Assembly (NCBI GenBank): GCA_002269645.1 | Contig: NIVC01003824.1 | Coordinates: forward strand, 11,070-75,069 | Length of the DNA stretch: 64,000 nt | Direction of reading: 5' to 3' | Source of the DNA: Macrostomum lignano | Lineage: Eukaryota | Shown: positions 11,562-24,298 of the stretch, in pieces | How the letters are laid out: each line of letters begins with the position of its first letter | Numbering within the stretch: the first letter of the stretch is position 1 | The notes under the pieces: model-generated | Told to the model about the DNA's origin: nothing | The model's input: the letters and a program-made list of their open reading frames with translations, nothing else | Database searches by the model: none | Made by a program: the position numbers and the translations under genes

Positions 11562-11918
11562 GGGGGGCCGTAGCCCAGCGGTAGCGCAGCTGCTCTGGTG
11601 TGCCGCGACCCAGGCTCGATTCCAAGTGCAGCCACATTAATTTGGGGCTGGATTGGAATCTTGGCTTGGCTCGCTTGTGCAATTAACGGCCTTGAGAGCC
11701 AACCCCCCAAGGCGCAGTGAAGTGTACATGCCTAACAATCGATAAAGTTAGGGCCGCTGTACACTCCTGTGTGAGTGTGTGCCTGCGTAACGTATCCGCG
11801 CGCTTGTATGCCTGCTCAGGGGAGTCGGCGGAATGGGCAGTAATGCCTCTCGCCGGTTGTGTGCCAATGACGCTTAAATTGCGCCAGGGTGCACACAACC
11901 CCCCTGCCTCTAAAAAAA
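11562..11918 (+). mobile_element. Full-length tRNA-derived SINE (second family)
   Basis: Head GGGGGGCCGTAGCCCAGCGGTAG...GGCTCGATTCC (A and B boxes), A7 tail, and flanking near-direct repeat AGGATCGGA(A)TAA at 11548-11560 and ~11918-11929. Confidence 0.75.
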
Positions 11919-12794
11919 GGATCGGATAACATGTTTGAAATCCCATATTCCAGTTTTAATTGATGTTAGCTAATTTTAGCGCTGTACTGGCAATAGAGAC
12001 TGAAGTTATAAATCAGAAATGTGAAATGTGAAATGCAATGACTGTTTTGCGCACACTTGGTTGCCAGCCAGAGCAATTTCACAATATGTGCCACTATAGC
12101 TATTTAGCAGGTATTAGCAAGGTACCGGTATTTTTTGAGACTATAAAAACCCTATGGCTCTAGTCTGTATCATTGACTGCACTGCCAAATTATTGAAATA
12201 CATAATGTAAACCCCGGAATTGCATCGCCCTCCTCACATGTTGCTAAGTGTATTGGTTTTAATTATTTTTTTTAATTTTAGCTGCTAAAATAACAGTGTG
12301 GATGTATGGATGGATCGGGATGACGGCCTAAGAACACAAAACGTTACACTAGCCAACTAAAATCTCGATCTTGTGAAGATAATCCACGTTGAATTAGGGA
12401 AGGGTTGTAGGCCTAGCTCTGTTGCTATAGTCAACAAGGATCCCTGTTGGGTCTTGTAGGACTTCAAGTTTTGATTTCAAAGTTATTAATAATCAGTTCT
12501 GTTCAGTTCATTGAATTAGACATTGATAGCTTTAAATCTGTATTAATTAAGCTTTGTTTAGGTCTTAGGCACTAATTTTTGTGTATCTATGCTTAATAAA
12601 GTTTACACTGAGTGCTGACATTTGACTCATTTATTTATCATTGATCCGTACCTAACTTGGTCAGCATGATTTTCTTCATTCTGTGTCTCTATTCACAGTG
12701 AGGCTTGCAATGATAGTATCTATATCCAACCTCCATTGGATAGACCAAATAGTGTGTATTCAGCTTTGCGCTGAAGCGTACAATGAGAAGCGTG

Positions 12795-12802
12795 TATAAA
12801 TA
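12795..12802 (+). promoter_or_regulatory. Candidate TATA box of FABP gene
   Basis: TATAAATA about 200 nt upstream of the FABP ATG; inferred from position only. Confidence 0.4.
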
Positions 12803-12998
12803 TTGATAGGCAAAGTGTCCCGTCCATTTGCTATACGTCAAGACGGACTGGAATTTAACTAAACAGCACCCGCAGTAAATTTTTTATTAACAAAACCTTT
12901 TTAAAAACATTTTATTACAGTTTAACTAACTTGTTGACCTGATAGTTGTCACGCCACAATTATAATCAATTAAAGAATAAACTATCAAGTCTTAATCA

Positions 12999-13415
12999 AT
13001 GGAGAAGTTCATCGGCACCTGGCGCCTGGAGTCGTCAGAGAATTTCGACGCCTACATGAAAGCAATCGGAGTTGGCTTTGTATTGCGCAAAGTTGGCAAC
13101 ACGGTCAAGCCGGATGTGCAGTTTTTGCGCAACGAGGACGGCACCTGCACTATGAAGACCATCTCTACGTTTAAGAACTCGGAGATCACGTTTGAGTTGG
13201 ACAAAGAGTTCGAAGAGACCACCATTGATGGTAGGAAGGTGCGGAGCACGATGACGATGACCGAGGGTGGCGAGCTGGTGCACAAGCAGGCCAGCGAGCC
13301 AGAGACCGTTATTGAACGCAAGCTGCAGGGCGATGGCGACAACGAGATGGTGTGCACAGTCAAGGCTGGTGACGTGGTCTGCACCCGTGCCTATAGGAAG
13401 CTTAATACGGCTTAA
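12999..13415 (+). CDS. FABP: Fatty acid-binding protein (iLBP/FABP family), intronless
   Basis: MEKFIGTWRLESSENFDAYMKAIGVGFVLRKVGNTVKP...STFKNSEITFELDKEFEETTIDGRKV...CTRAYRK. The ligand-binding R and R-x-Y residues are present. 138 aa. Confidence 0.96.
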   Translation: MEKFIGTWRLESSENFDAYMKAIGVGFVLRKVGNTVKPDVQFLRNEDGTCTMKTISTFKNSEITFELDKEFEETTIDGRKVRSTMTMTEGGELVHKQASEPETVIERKLQGDGDNEMVCTVKAGDVVCTRAYRKLNTA

Positions 13416-13545
13416 CTAAACTGCGTTGGTGGTAGTTTGAAAATTGAGAACTCTTCAAGAACGTCTTTTAGTAGAAGGCCGGCGCTGCACTCTCAACTTA
13501 TTCGACTGTTTTTGCGATTATGAATATGCCCAGTTTCGTTCGTTC

Positions 13546-13551
13546 AATAAA
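13546..13551 (+). terminator. Candidate polyadenylation signal of FABP
   Basis: AATAAA about 130 nt after the stop codon. Confidence 0.5.
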
Positions 13552-14807
13552 ATGTTAAATCCAATTTAAATTCGTGCCATAAGAACGCCTAGTTATAAGC
13601 ATTTGTTAAATCTTGAACGTGCTCACTTATCTTGCTTGCCTTATTAGGCGTTCGAAAGCATTTTGTTAAACTAAGTCCCATTTTGGCGCGAATTTGAATC
13701 AGATTTAATTTAAGAAAAGGGACAGCATGACTTCCGTTAGACAGTTAAAATGACAGTGCAGTGTATGCAACTACTACTAGTAGTCTTGCGAACACGCAGT
13801 ATAATGTTATTAAAACTTAATTATTCTGATTGTTATTATTTACTCTGCTAATCCCAATGGCGTAAAAATGAATAAAAAGCGGAAATTATTGTCACAGCTT
13901 ATATTAACTATTGGTCACGTTTATATAGTTTTTGTTTGTCTACTGTTTGTGTCCATTAATTTCTATAATATTTAATATCTTTAACAAGCTTGATACCTAT
14001 TTATTCGCTTAAGTTGTGTTTCTTTTGTCATCCTTAATTATTATTGCCGGTCGAACCATTACTACATGCTAATTGCTTTATGTTTTGCTTGTTCGCTTTT
14101 TCTGTCATTATACTCTTTCTAATCCAATGCTACTTCAAGTAGGTCTTAAAAGTGTGGTAATCTATATGAGTTCAAATCGTTGTTTCTAGTCCATAACGCT
14201 ATGAACGTTCAGTTGATGTGCAATATTGATGTCCCAAGTGCAATAAAATAGACACACGTTTTATCAGTCCATTTTAAAACAAGTTTGAATATTTTACTAG
14301 GTTACTGCTTTGGTTCAACACTTATTAAAATGTTTCTTAGGCTTCCATGCTAGAATCTATATAGTAAATATGCGTTTTCGCAATCATTTTCAAGCGTGTT
14401 TACTTCATATAAAGTAGGTCAAAGTATTTCAATAATAGTTGTCTAAGATCTAAGATCTAAGATCCCGCTTATCAGCAGATTTTTCGATAATTAGTTGATT
14501 TTCAGACCAACAAAGTTTTCAGTTTTCCAGTTTAAAAGGACTCAAATTTCCGATTGTTATAAAATCTCCTTATTTTTATGGACTAGTCGTTTTGTTATTA
14601 GTTACCTAAACAGCTTGCTTATTCCAGCTTATATCTATAGTATCTATATATGTCTAAATATATATATAACGAAACGTTTAAAACAAAAGAAATGACCGCC
14701 TTTAACATCTTCAAGGTCGCAAAGCTAATAACGGTCGGTTTATAAAAAGAAGTCTGCGAACAGTTACGCGCACAATAAATTTTTTTGACTTTCGATTTTA
14801 AAGTTAC

Positions 14808-16085
14808 CAGTGTTGGGCACTTCCGTTACCGAGTAACTTGCAAATGGTAACGCAAGTTACTTTTCCGTAAAGCGTTCCTTACGCAAGTTACTTTCCTATT
14901 TTGGTAACGGAGTAACGGTAAGTTACTCAAATTTCGGAAGTCCGTTACAGTTACTTTGCAACAATCGCAATATTTAAATTTAAAACTGATATGCTTAGCT
15001 ATTACTCCAGTTGTCACATTTTTAGCATTTTTCATTCCTAAATTCAAAACTAAGTGAATAATATCATACGGTATTACGCTGTAATTAATAAAGAAATACT
15101 TGAAACATGTTTTTACTTTGTTATTTTCGGTAAAATATTTTTGCTTTTCGTTTTAAGTTAATAAAAATATTTTGTTTAGTTCTTAGAAACAAACAACCAA
15201 AGAAAGAAATTCATCTGTAGTCTCCACAAATCCACTCAGTGATCGACGTAGCCAGGAATTTTAATTTGGGGGGGGGGGCGGGTTGGCCTGGCTGGCCATG
15301 CCTCATGCCATTGCCAATTTTAGCGCCGCAGGCACTCATTTTAGCGCCGCAAGCACTCATTTAAGCGCCGCAAGCACTCATTTAAGCGCCGCAGGCACTC
15401 ATTTAAGCGCCGCAGGCACTCAATCGCCTCATGGTTTTTGGTACCCGCCACGCCCAACCCCACCCCCCCCCCCAGGTGGGGTGTCTTGCAGGTGGGGTGA
15501 AGTTGCCGCCCCAACGATTGTTAAGGCGGCCTCCCTAGCTACACCACTAAAGTCCACTGGCACTGCACTGCACTGCACAATTTAATATTAATGATAATAA
15601 TTGAAAATAAATAAAAAGACTAGTAAAGCAGACTATAGAGTGGAGTAAAGCCAGGTACTTATTACGAGCGATGTATTATCAAGGACAACTGAAGTTACGT
15701 TAAGTTGTCCTTGTGTATTATAACTTATAATGTTATTAAAAATTAAATTGCGTTTTGCCTTTAACGTTTCTGACCTTCAGCTTCTTTTCTTTTTACGGAA
15801 AGGGCCTAAAGTGATTAAAATTTAATACAGTTACTGAAATTAATGTTGTTGTATTCTTCCTCCTGGCTTTCGCGATCATTTGTGCTGTTCCAGCGCATTT
15901 GCAATGTTAAAAAAGCAGAAAATTTTGTTAATAACATAGGTAACGGAAGTAAGTAACGGAAGTAACTTAAAAGTTACCGGGTTTTTGTATAAAGTTACTA
16001 GGCTAACGTAAGTTACTTTTTATAAAGTGGTAACTTAAGTTACAGTAACGCAAGTTACTTTTTTTGAGTAACTTGCCCAACACTG
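14808..16085. mobile_element. Non-autonomous hAT element, 1278 bp
   Basis: 12-bp TIR CAGTGTTGGGCA / TGCCCAACACTG, perfect 8-bp TSD AAAGTTAC (14800-14807, 16086-16093), and dense subterminal AAGTTAC/GTAACTT motifs at both ends. Confidence 0.92.
15237..15549. mobile_element. Small degenerate TIR element nested in the hAT element, with an internal 21-22-nt tandem repeat
   Basis: CAGTG..CGTAGCCAGG..(G)n at left and (C)n..CCCTAGCTACACCACTA at right. Near-TSD AAATCCACT / AAGTCCACT. Five copies of TTAAGCGCCGCAGGCACTCAT-like units. Confidence 0.5.
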
Positions 16086-16145
16086 AAAGTTACTGTAGAT
16101 TTAATGTTAGCTCCGTCAGCTCCATTTTATACAATTTCTAGAATA

Positions 16146-16442
16146 CGAGGGGTGTCTCAGAAGTAGTGTCACTTTTGCTTGCTTCCACAAGTATTAATGT
16201 GTGTTTAAAAATCATATGCCTTAAAAGTTAGCGGCTTATTTTAGCTTTCATGCCACGAAAGTCCGATCTTTATAAGTGCTTCCTGCTGTAAGCAGCATGC
16301 ATTTGTTCGCATACCCTTAGCCATAGAAATACACACCGCATAGTGCTCGCTCAGAAGACAGCCACAAGTACAGCTGATCAAGCACAGAGTTAAACACACA
16401 TTGAAGCAAGCAAACGTGACACTAATTCTGGGACACCCCTCG
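16146..16442. mobile_element. Mariner-type MITE, 297 bp
   Basis: 40-bp TIR (CGAGGGGTGTCTCAGAAGTAGTGTCACTTTTGCTTGCTTC, 3 mismatches) flanked by TA on both sides. Confidence 0.9.
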
Positions 16443-16870
16443 TAGTTTTTGAACCCGTTGTATTTACATGTACATTTGACATTGTCATGTACATGCCCTT
16501 TGATGAGCATATGATACCTTTTAGATTTAGCGCATATCATGCATATGGGGATAAATTTATATATAGTAACCAGTAATTTACTTTCAACTCGCCTTTACAT
16601 TGCAAAAAAGTATTCAAAACAGTCGACTGCGTAAAAGCTGTTATTTTTAGGTTAGCTTGCAAAATCTATTCAGTTTGGTTTGACTTCCCGTATCTTGTTA
16701 GTACAAACTAACGACTGTCGTTATGTTTAAAGTTTACATCGCCAACTTTTTGTGGGCATTTTGAAAGGCCAACTTTCCATGATACACATTAACTTTGCAA
16801 ATTGCGTCACTCGTTGCACAAAACAACGAGTTATTAGCTCGTTATTAGCTTTAATAACGAAAAATACCTA

Positions 16871-17296
16871 GTGAAAAAGCATCTCAAGATACACAGAGAA
16901 AGAGAACTTAGCCAAAAGCTAGAGAATCAGCAACATATTAAACTCTACAAAAACGCCTATCTCTACAAAAAAATCTGCAGGCCCGACCTTTCAGATTACT
17001 TTCCATGTACATTTAGAAACAAAAAATTCTTAACAACCCTCCTAAAACTGAAATGCGAGATTACACCCAACTTTTTTTCTCAAGAACCATGTAAAATGTG
17101 TGGAGCGCGAAATGGTTCTGACATTCTACACTACTTGACCGAATGTCCACAAACTGAAGAGATCAGGAAAAAATACTTCTGTCAATTCCTCTTAAATAGC
17201 AATCAAATACACAAGATAGGATATGCTACAAATGAAAAAAGAGTCAGAAAAGAACTCACTGGTGTAGCTAAAATATATGAAGTCATGAATAGCTAA
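16871..17296 (+). mobile_element. 3' fragment of non-LTR retrotransposon ORF2 (C-terminal CCHC knuckle)
   Basis: KFLTTLLKLKCE...PCKMCGARNGSDILHYLTECP is the C-x2-C...H-x4-C pattern typical of LINE ORF2 ends. No RT is present upstream. Confidence 0.6.
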
Positions 17297-19685
17297 AACA
17301 GTTAAACAAACTGAATCAGATACATTAGCAGTGTAACAAATCCGCTTTTCAGTTGTTTATTCATTTACTGTCTTTTTTAATTCCCTATTTAAATCGTCGT
17401 TATTCGTTAAACGTAAAGTTCTTTCGAAGTATTGTTTATGTTCGTTTTTTCACGCTTTGAAATATCACGCGCTTTCAAAAATACTACATCTTTTTTTACA
17501 AACTCGCTTACCAAAGTAATCTCGCAATTAAAGCTATACCTCGTAATTTGTACTCATTTTTGTATTAATATTTATACTCGTTGTTAGTTATTAGTCGTCA
17601 CTTTTCGTCCAAAAATACCGTAAAAATTCTGGCGCGCTTTCAAATACTTTATCTTTTACCATAACTCTAACTCTTACTACTACTAACTCGCGGCAAATCG
17701 TCTTTATAAACTTCTATTTCGAAAACTTTTCCAAATACATAGCTCTATAATATATTGGCCAAACAGGCTAATTGCCTGAGCCAAATTCTCTTACTACTAC
17801 TAAAAACGAAACTGAAAAACCGAAACTTAAATACTGATACTGATACTGTGTTATAAAATAAACTGTCTTGAAATGTCTTGGTTTAATTTTTTTGCATCTT
17901 TGCAAGCAAATATAACTAGACATTTTATCACGTCTCATCCTTTTAATAAATATAGGTTGCTGTTGCAGTTTTAGTATTCATTCTCATTTAGCAGAATTTA
18001 ATTTTTTTTTCAAATCATTTAACAGTTTCCTGCGTTACCTTAAATTACATTAATCAAGAACTCAATATCACGGTAAGCTTTGATTTATGTATTTTTTGTT
18101 TCTATAATTTATCTATTAGGCCCTAATACCTATCTATGATATATCTACAATACAATAGACTAGAGATCATATCTGACAATGTGGCCATTGTGGGTTCTGG
18201 TTTGTAATTGAAAGTTGGCATATAGTTGGCATAATGTTCTACTGACATATCATATTGGCTGTAAGTAATAAGAAACTTGGTTTAAACTTGCTTAAAATTT
18301 TTATTCATTTTTTTTTATTTTGGCATATATTCAATGCCATGCCACATAATGTCAATGAATAAAAATTGAGATTTCAAAATGTGCTTTTTGGCTTTGGTGG
18401 GTATACATAGGCACAAACAACCCTAAAAGCAACACTAAGACTCCAAAAAGTCTTCATAGAACTTTTTGGAGTTGGTTGTAGAGACTATGATATGTATTTC
18501 CCATTCAGATATATTAATCATTTCTTTTATTAAATATATATTTATATATAAATAGATTTATATAAAATAAAATATTTATATAAAATAAATATTATTAATA
18601 ATATTTTAATATTTGTTGTCTTAGAGTTATAATTTATTTTAAAAGTTAAAGTCTGCTATCTATTGCACCTTGGCAAAAGCTATTGTGGTGCTATAATTTT
18701 GTGATAAGCATCTATAGCATCTAAGCATAATGCATATAATTTATAAATTATAAATAAACCTATGCCTATAGTGCTTATCTATAGTATGCTAGGGCCTAAT
18801 ACTAGAATAAGTTTATTTGTATTTGCACCATGAATTGGAACTATTTTTGTTAGCCCTACACTTTACTATGTTAGATATTTTTCTTTTTCTACTATTGCAC
18901 CAGAATGTACTGATATAGCACACATTCAAGTTCAACCCTTTTTTGCTCTGAAATCTTCCTAACTATTGACCTGTGTCACTTATTTGCAGGATCTAAACTT
19001 GTACTCTAATAGGGCTTCATAATGCATAGGTATACTATTAATATTAGTATTAATAAAACCAGAACCTACCATATTTAGTTTTCATTAAAGTCTAAGCCTT
19101 TATAGTAGGAACCAGATACTTTAGTATTAGTCAGTTTGGTAATAGTCATTTTAAAAAACATTTATTTTGGTGACAAGTTAGGGCCTACTTTGGTACTAAA
19201 TATGTATGGAAGATTGAGTGTCTATTATTAATAAGTTTTTATTTGTGTTTTTAAAGGTAATTAAAAATGATGCTTTATCATTGTTTTATTATTATTTCTT
19301 TAAATACCTTCTAGTTCTTGCTTTTATAGTTATTGTTAATAATATATATTAATATCCACTTGAAAAAGCCCTTGGCACACTAGTATGGAATTTCTATATA
19401 AAATCAAAAATCAAAAGCAAAAGCTTTATTTTCATAGTTTTAGCTAGGCTTATGGGACATTTTTAAAGCTAAAATGCCATATGAAGAAAAAAGTTTGCAT
19501 AGAAATATAATCAACTATATTCCATATTGCAAAGCATATAAATAAATGTTTTAAATTTTTTAACTTACACAAATTGCTAATTTTTGAATAAACTATGACT
19601 AACTTTCTATAGTAGTCTAAATTTTATCCTATTATTTGCTTTATTGTTTTAAATATAAATATACCCTATTAATCCCATTTTAGGC

Positions 19686-22600
19686 ATGACATTTAGCTTC
19701 ACAATTCTGGATGAGAACAAACTACAATTCAATATATCAGTGCCAAACCATCTGTCAATTCAGTTCTATTCAGCATCTTGCAACAGCTCAATTGCACTTA
19801 TTCCTCACAGTTTTGGCCTGTTGCAATTGGCTGATTTATTGAGTTCAGTAATAGGTTTTACATTGCCACCTAATAATCCAAGTGTGATACTAATTGACAA
19901 GGAAGGTCACTTAATGACAGTTAAAACTGATGAAGATTTAAGGCAGGTCTACTATTGGCATAGGTAAGTGTGAATTTTTTTCACTAATCTCACTATAAAA
20001 TAAGTCAAGTGCACCTGATTTATGATTTTTGACTAGCTGATAGGTGGAACTATGATTTATGACTGACTGATGCACAGGTGCAGTTTTGATTTATGACTGA
20101 CTGATGAGCAGGTACAGTTATGATTTATGACTGACTGATAGGTGCAGTTATGATTTATGACTAACTGATAGACATGTGAAATTATGATTTATGACTGACT
20201 GATGCACATGTGCAGTTATGATTTTTGACTGACTGATAGACAGGTTAATTTATGATTTATACCAAGCTTACAGAATATAGCTTTAATAACTAAACTATGT
20301 AATGACTTCTCCCACACTACGAAGTTTCGTTAAGCTGCACCAAACGCAGCAGCATCAGCAGCCGCAGACTCGGCAACGCTGGGGCCGTCTCCCGCATCAC
20401 GTGACTGTCTGGCTGTGCGGCGGGGTCGCCCTGCTAGCGCCCAGAGCTCTGCAATTCGATGAGCTGACCTCCGCTTGTGCTGACATTCTGACTAGGCTTG
20501 GCCAGACCTGCGCTGTTGCCGGTGCCAACCTAGCACCCGAACTGCTCACCACAATGTCCAATGGGCAGTGTCAGTTGTGCTCCGAGAATTCTGTGTAAGC
20601 ACACTGATAATTACCTGATTAGTATACAGAATGGTGCGATGTGGTTTCGATTGAAACACCTCAAGCATTTGCATGCCAAATACGAGGCTTGTCTGGCAAA
20701 TTGTCCCCAGAGTCGTTTTAGAGTAGCAGACAATATCGCCCCAATAATCGACTCAAATTGACTCTTCTAGGCGACACTCATGGCCTGAGACTACCCTACG
20801 CTATGTAATGAGGCCTGAAAAATTTTCTCTTTTACCGACACCGGCATACTTTTGATGAATCCAGCGATTGCAAGTTGCAGGCTTGACTTAAGTGAATGAC
20901 GAGGTAACAGAGGTATAGTGACAGAGCTGGAGACCAAAAATCGTGTCAATAATCACTTTGGATCGCCCCAATAATTGCCTTGGATCTCCACAATAATCGC
21001 CCTAAAATCGCCCCGATAATCGCCCTACAAATTGCTTCGCCCAAATTGAAAAATCGCCCAAAAGTCGCCAATAATCAACCTAAAAATCGCTCTTATAATC
21101 GCCCCAATAATCACCCCAATAATCGCCCCAATAATCGCCAAAATAATGACCACAATAATCGCCCCAATAATCGCCACATTAATCGCCCCAATAACCCCCC
21201 AATAATCGCCACAATAATCGCCACAATAATTGCCAAAATAATCGCCACAATAATCGCCGCAATAATCGCCCCAATAATCGCCGCAATAATCGCCGCAATA
21301 GTCGGCCCCAATAATCGCCCAAATAATGGCCTCAATAATCGCCCCAATAATCGCCTAAATAATCGCCACAATAGTCGCCCCAATAATCGCCCAAATAATC
21401 ACCTTAATAATCGCCTCAATAATCGCCCAAATAATCGTCCCAATAATCGCCCAAAAACCGATCCAATAATCGCCCCAATAATTGCCCAAATAATCGCCCC
21501 ATTTATCGCCCAAATAATCGCCCCAATAATCGCCTAAATAATCACCACAATGGTCGCCCCAATAATCGCCCAAATAATCGCCTTAATAATCGCCCCAATA
21601 ATCGCCCAAATAATCGTCCCAATAATCGCCCAAAAACCGATCCAATAATCGCCCTAATAATTGCCCAAATAATCGCCCCATTTATCGCCCAAATAATCGC
21701 CCAAATAATCGCCCCAATAATCGCGTCAATAGTCGCCCCAATAATCACCACAATAATCGCCCCAATAATCGCCCCAATAATCGCCCAAATAATCGCTTCA
21801 ATAATCGCCTCAATAATCGCCCCAATAATCGCCCCAATAATCGCCACAATAATCGCCCCAATAATCCATCCGCATGCCACCCTGCAGCAGTTCGGGCATG
21901 CAAACAACCATTCGAAGCGAGTCCGCCTACGCCAGCATTCGCAGCTCGTCGTCTCCCTGCTGCTGCCAGTTTCAATTCTACAGTCAAGCAGGAGGCAGCG
22001 CTGGCTCCGTGCAGATGCCAAGTCAGCCAGCCTCAGCGGCAGCAGCCTGTTCTGCAGCTGCGGCTGAACCCGGCCAGTCTGAGGAAGCCCTGGCCGCTAG
22101 ACAATGGTGCTTGGATGACTTTGACTTCGGTCAGGAAAGAAATTGCCTTGGCTTTGGTCAGTTTGGCACCGTGTACATGGCTATGTGCAAGTGAGCGGTG
22201 GGAGATGGGAAAGTGGGATGTGGGAGATGGGAGAGTGGGATGTGGGAGATGGGAGAGTGGAATGTGGGAGATGGGAGAGTGGGATGTGGGAGATGGGAAA
22301 GTGAGATGTGGGAGATGGGAGAGTGGGATGTGGGAGATGGGAGAGTGGGATGTGGGAGATGGGAAAGTGAGATGTGGGAGATGGGAGAGTGGGATGTGGG
22401 AGATGGGAGAGTGGGAGAGTGGGATATTGGAGATGGGAGAGTGGGAGATGGGAGATGGGAGAGTGGTAGATGGGAGATGAGAGATGGGAGAGTGGAGAGT
22501 GGGAGATGCAAGAGTAGGAGAGTGAAAGAATGGGAGAGGGAGAGTTGGGAGAGTTGGAGACTGGGAGATGCGAGAGTGAGAGATAGGAGATGGCAGAGTG

Positions 22601-23792
22601 GAAGATAAGAGACTGGGAGATGGGAGACTGGGAGCTGAGAGATAGAAGATTGAGAGACAGGAAATGGGAGACTGGGAGAAGGAAGAGTGGGGATTGGAGA
22701 GTGGGAGATGGGTGAGTGAAAGAATGGGAGAAGGAGAGTTGGAGACTGAGAGATGGGAGAGTGAGAAATGGGAGAAGGAGAGTTGGAGACTGAGAGATGG
22801 GAGAGTGAGAAATGGGAGGATAGGAGAGTGGAAGATGGGAGAGTGAGAGATGGGAGAGTGGAAGATGGGAGAGTGAGAGATGGGAGAGTGGAAGATGGGA
22901 GAGTGAGAGATGGGAGAGTGGAAGATGGGAGAGTGAGAGATGGGAGAGTGGAAGATGGGAGAGTTGGAGACTGGGAGATGCGAGAGTGAGAGATGGCAGA
23001 GTGGAAGATAAGAGACTGGGAGATGGGAAATGGGAAGTGAGAGATTGGAGATGGGAAAGTGGGAGAGTGGAAGATGGGAGACTGGGAGAGTGGAAGATGG
23101 GAGACTAGGAAATAGGAAAGTGGGAGAGTGGAAGATGGGAGAGTGGGAGATGGGAAAGTGGAAGAGTGGAAGATGGGAGAGTGGGAGATGGGAGACTGGG
23201 AGATGGGAGAGTGGGAGATGGGAGACTGGAAGATGGCAGAGTATAAGATGGGAGACTGGGAGATGGGAGAGTGGGAGACTGGAAGATGGGAGACTGGGAG
23301 AGTGAGAGATGGGCAAGAGGGAGATGGGGGAGCAAAAATGCAGACAGTATCAGCAGTCCTTAAGCCCCCACCCCCGGCCACTCAGGGTGACCAACAAGCC
23401 GGTCGCTCTGAAGTCCATCGACCTGTGCGCCCTCGGCAACATGGGCGGCAATGCTGGCCGCTTAGACGAGGCGGAGATCGAACGGCTGATGCTGGAGCTG
23501 AAGCTGCTGGCCGACTGCAGGCACGACAATATCATCAGCTACCTGTGCTCGTTCTTTGAGCAGTCGCGGGGCCGGCTGTTCATCTGCACGGAGGTGATGG
23601 ACGCCGGTTCGCTGGATAAGCTGGGGATCGCCGACGATCCAGTTCTCGGTTAGTCAGAGCTCTGTTGTGGTGCCTGTGTCTGCCTATCTGTGCCTGTGTC
23701 TGCCTATCTGTGCCTGTCTGTGCCTGTCCGTGTCTGTCTGTGCCTGTCTGTAGGTGTCTGTCGGTGTTTGTCTGCCTGTCTGTGCCTGTCTA

Positions 23793-23833
<41 letters not shown>

Positions 23834-23836
23834 GCC

Positions 23837-23877
<41 letters not shown>

Positions 23878-23936
23878 GCCTGTCTGTCTGTCTGTCTGCC
23901 TGTCTGTCTGCCTGTCTGTCTGCCTGTCTGTCTGCC

Positions 23937-24023
<87 letters not shown>

Positions 24024-24052
24024 GCCTGTCTGTCTGTCTGTCTGTATGTGCC

Positions 24053-24097
<45 letters not shown>

Positions 24098-24138
24098 GTC
24101 TGTCTGTCTGCCTGTCTGTCTGTCTGTCTGTATGTGCC

Positions 24139-24191
<53 letters not shown>

Positions 24192-24208
24192 GTCTGTCTG
24201 TATGTGCC

Positions 24209-24243
<35 letters not shown>

Positions 24244-24244
24244 G

Positions 24245-24298
<54 letters not shown>

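Noticed and set aside
11563-11635. Functional tRNA genes (also 135-202 and 41260-41327)
   Set aside because: The cloverleafs are imperfect and each continues into a SINE body or tail, so they are SINE heads.
4654-13415. A metabolic gene cluster (FUOM, G6PC, FABP) as a coordinated pathway
   Set aside because: Fucose salvage, glucose release and lipid binding are not one pathway. Only the possible FUOM-G6PC co-transcription is kept as a hypothesis.
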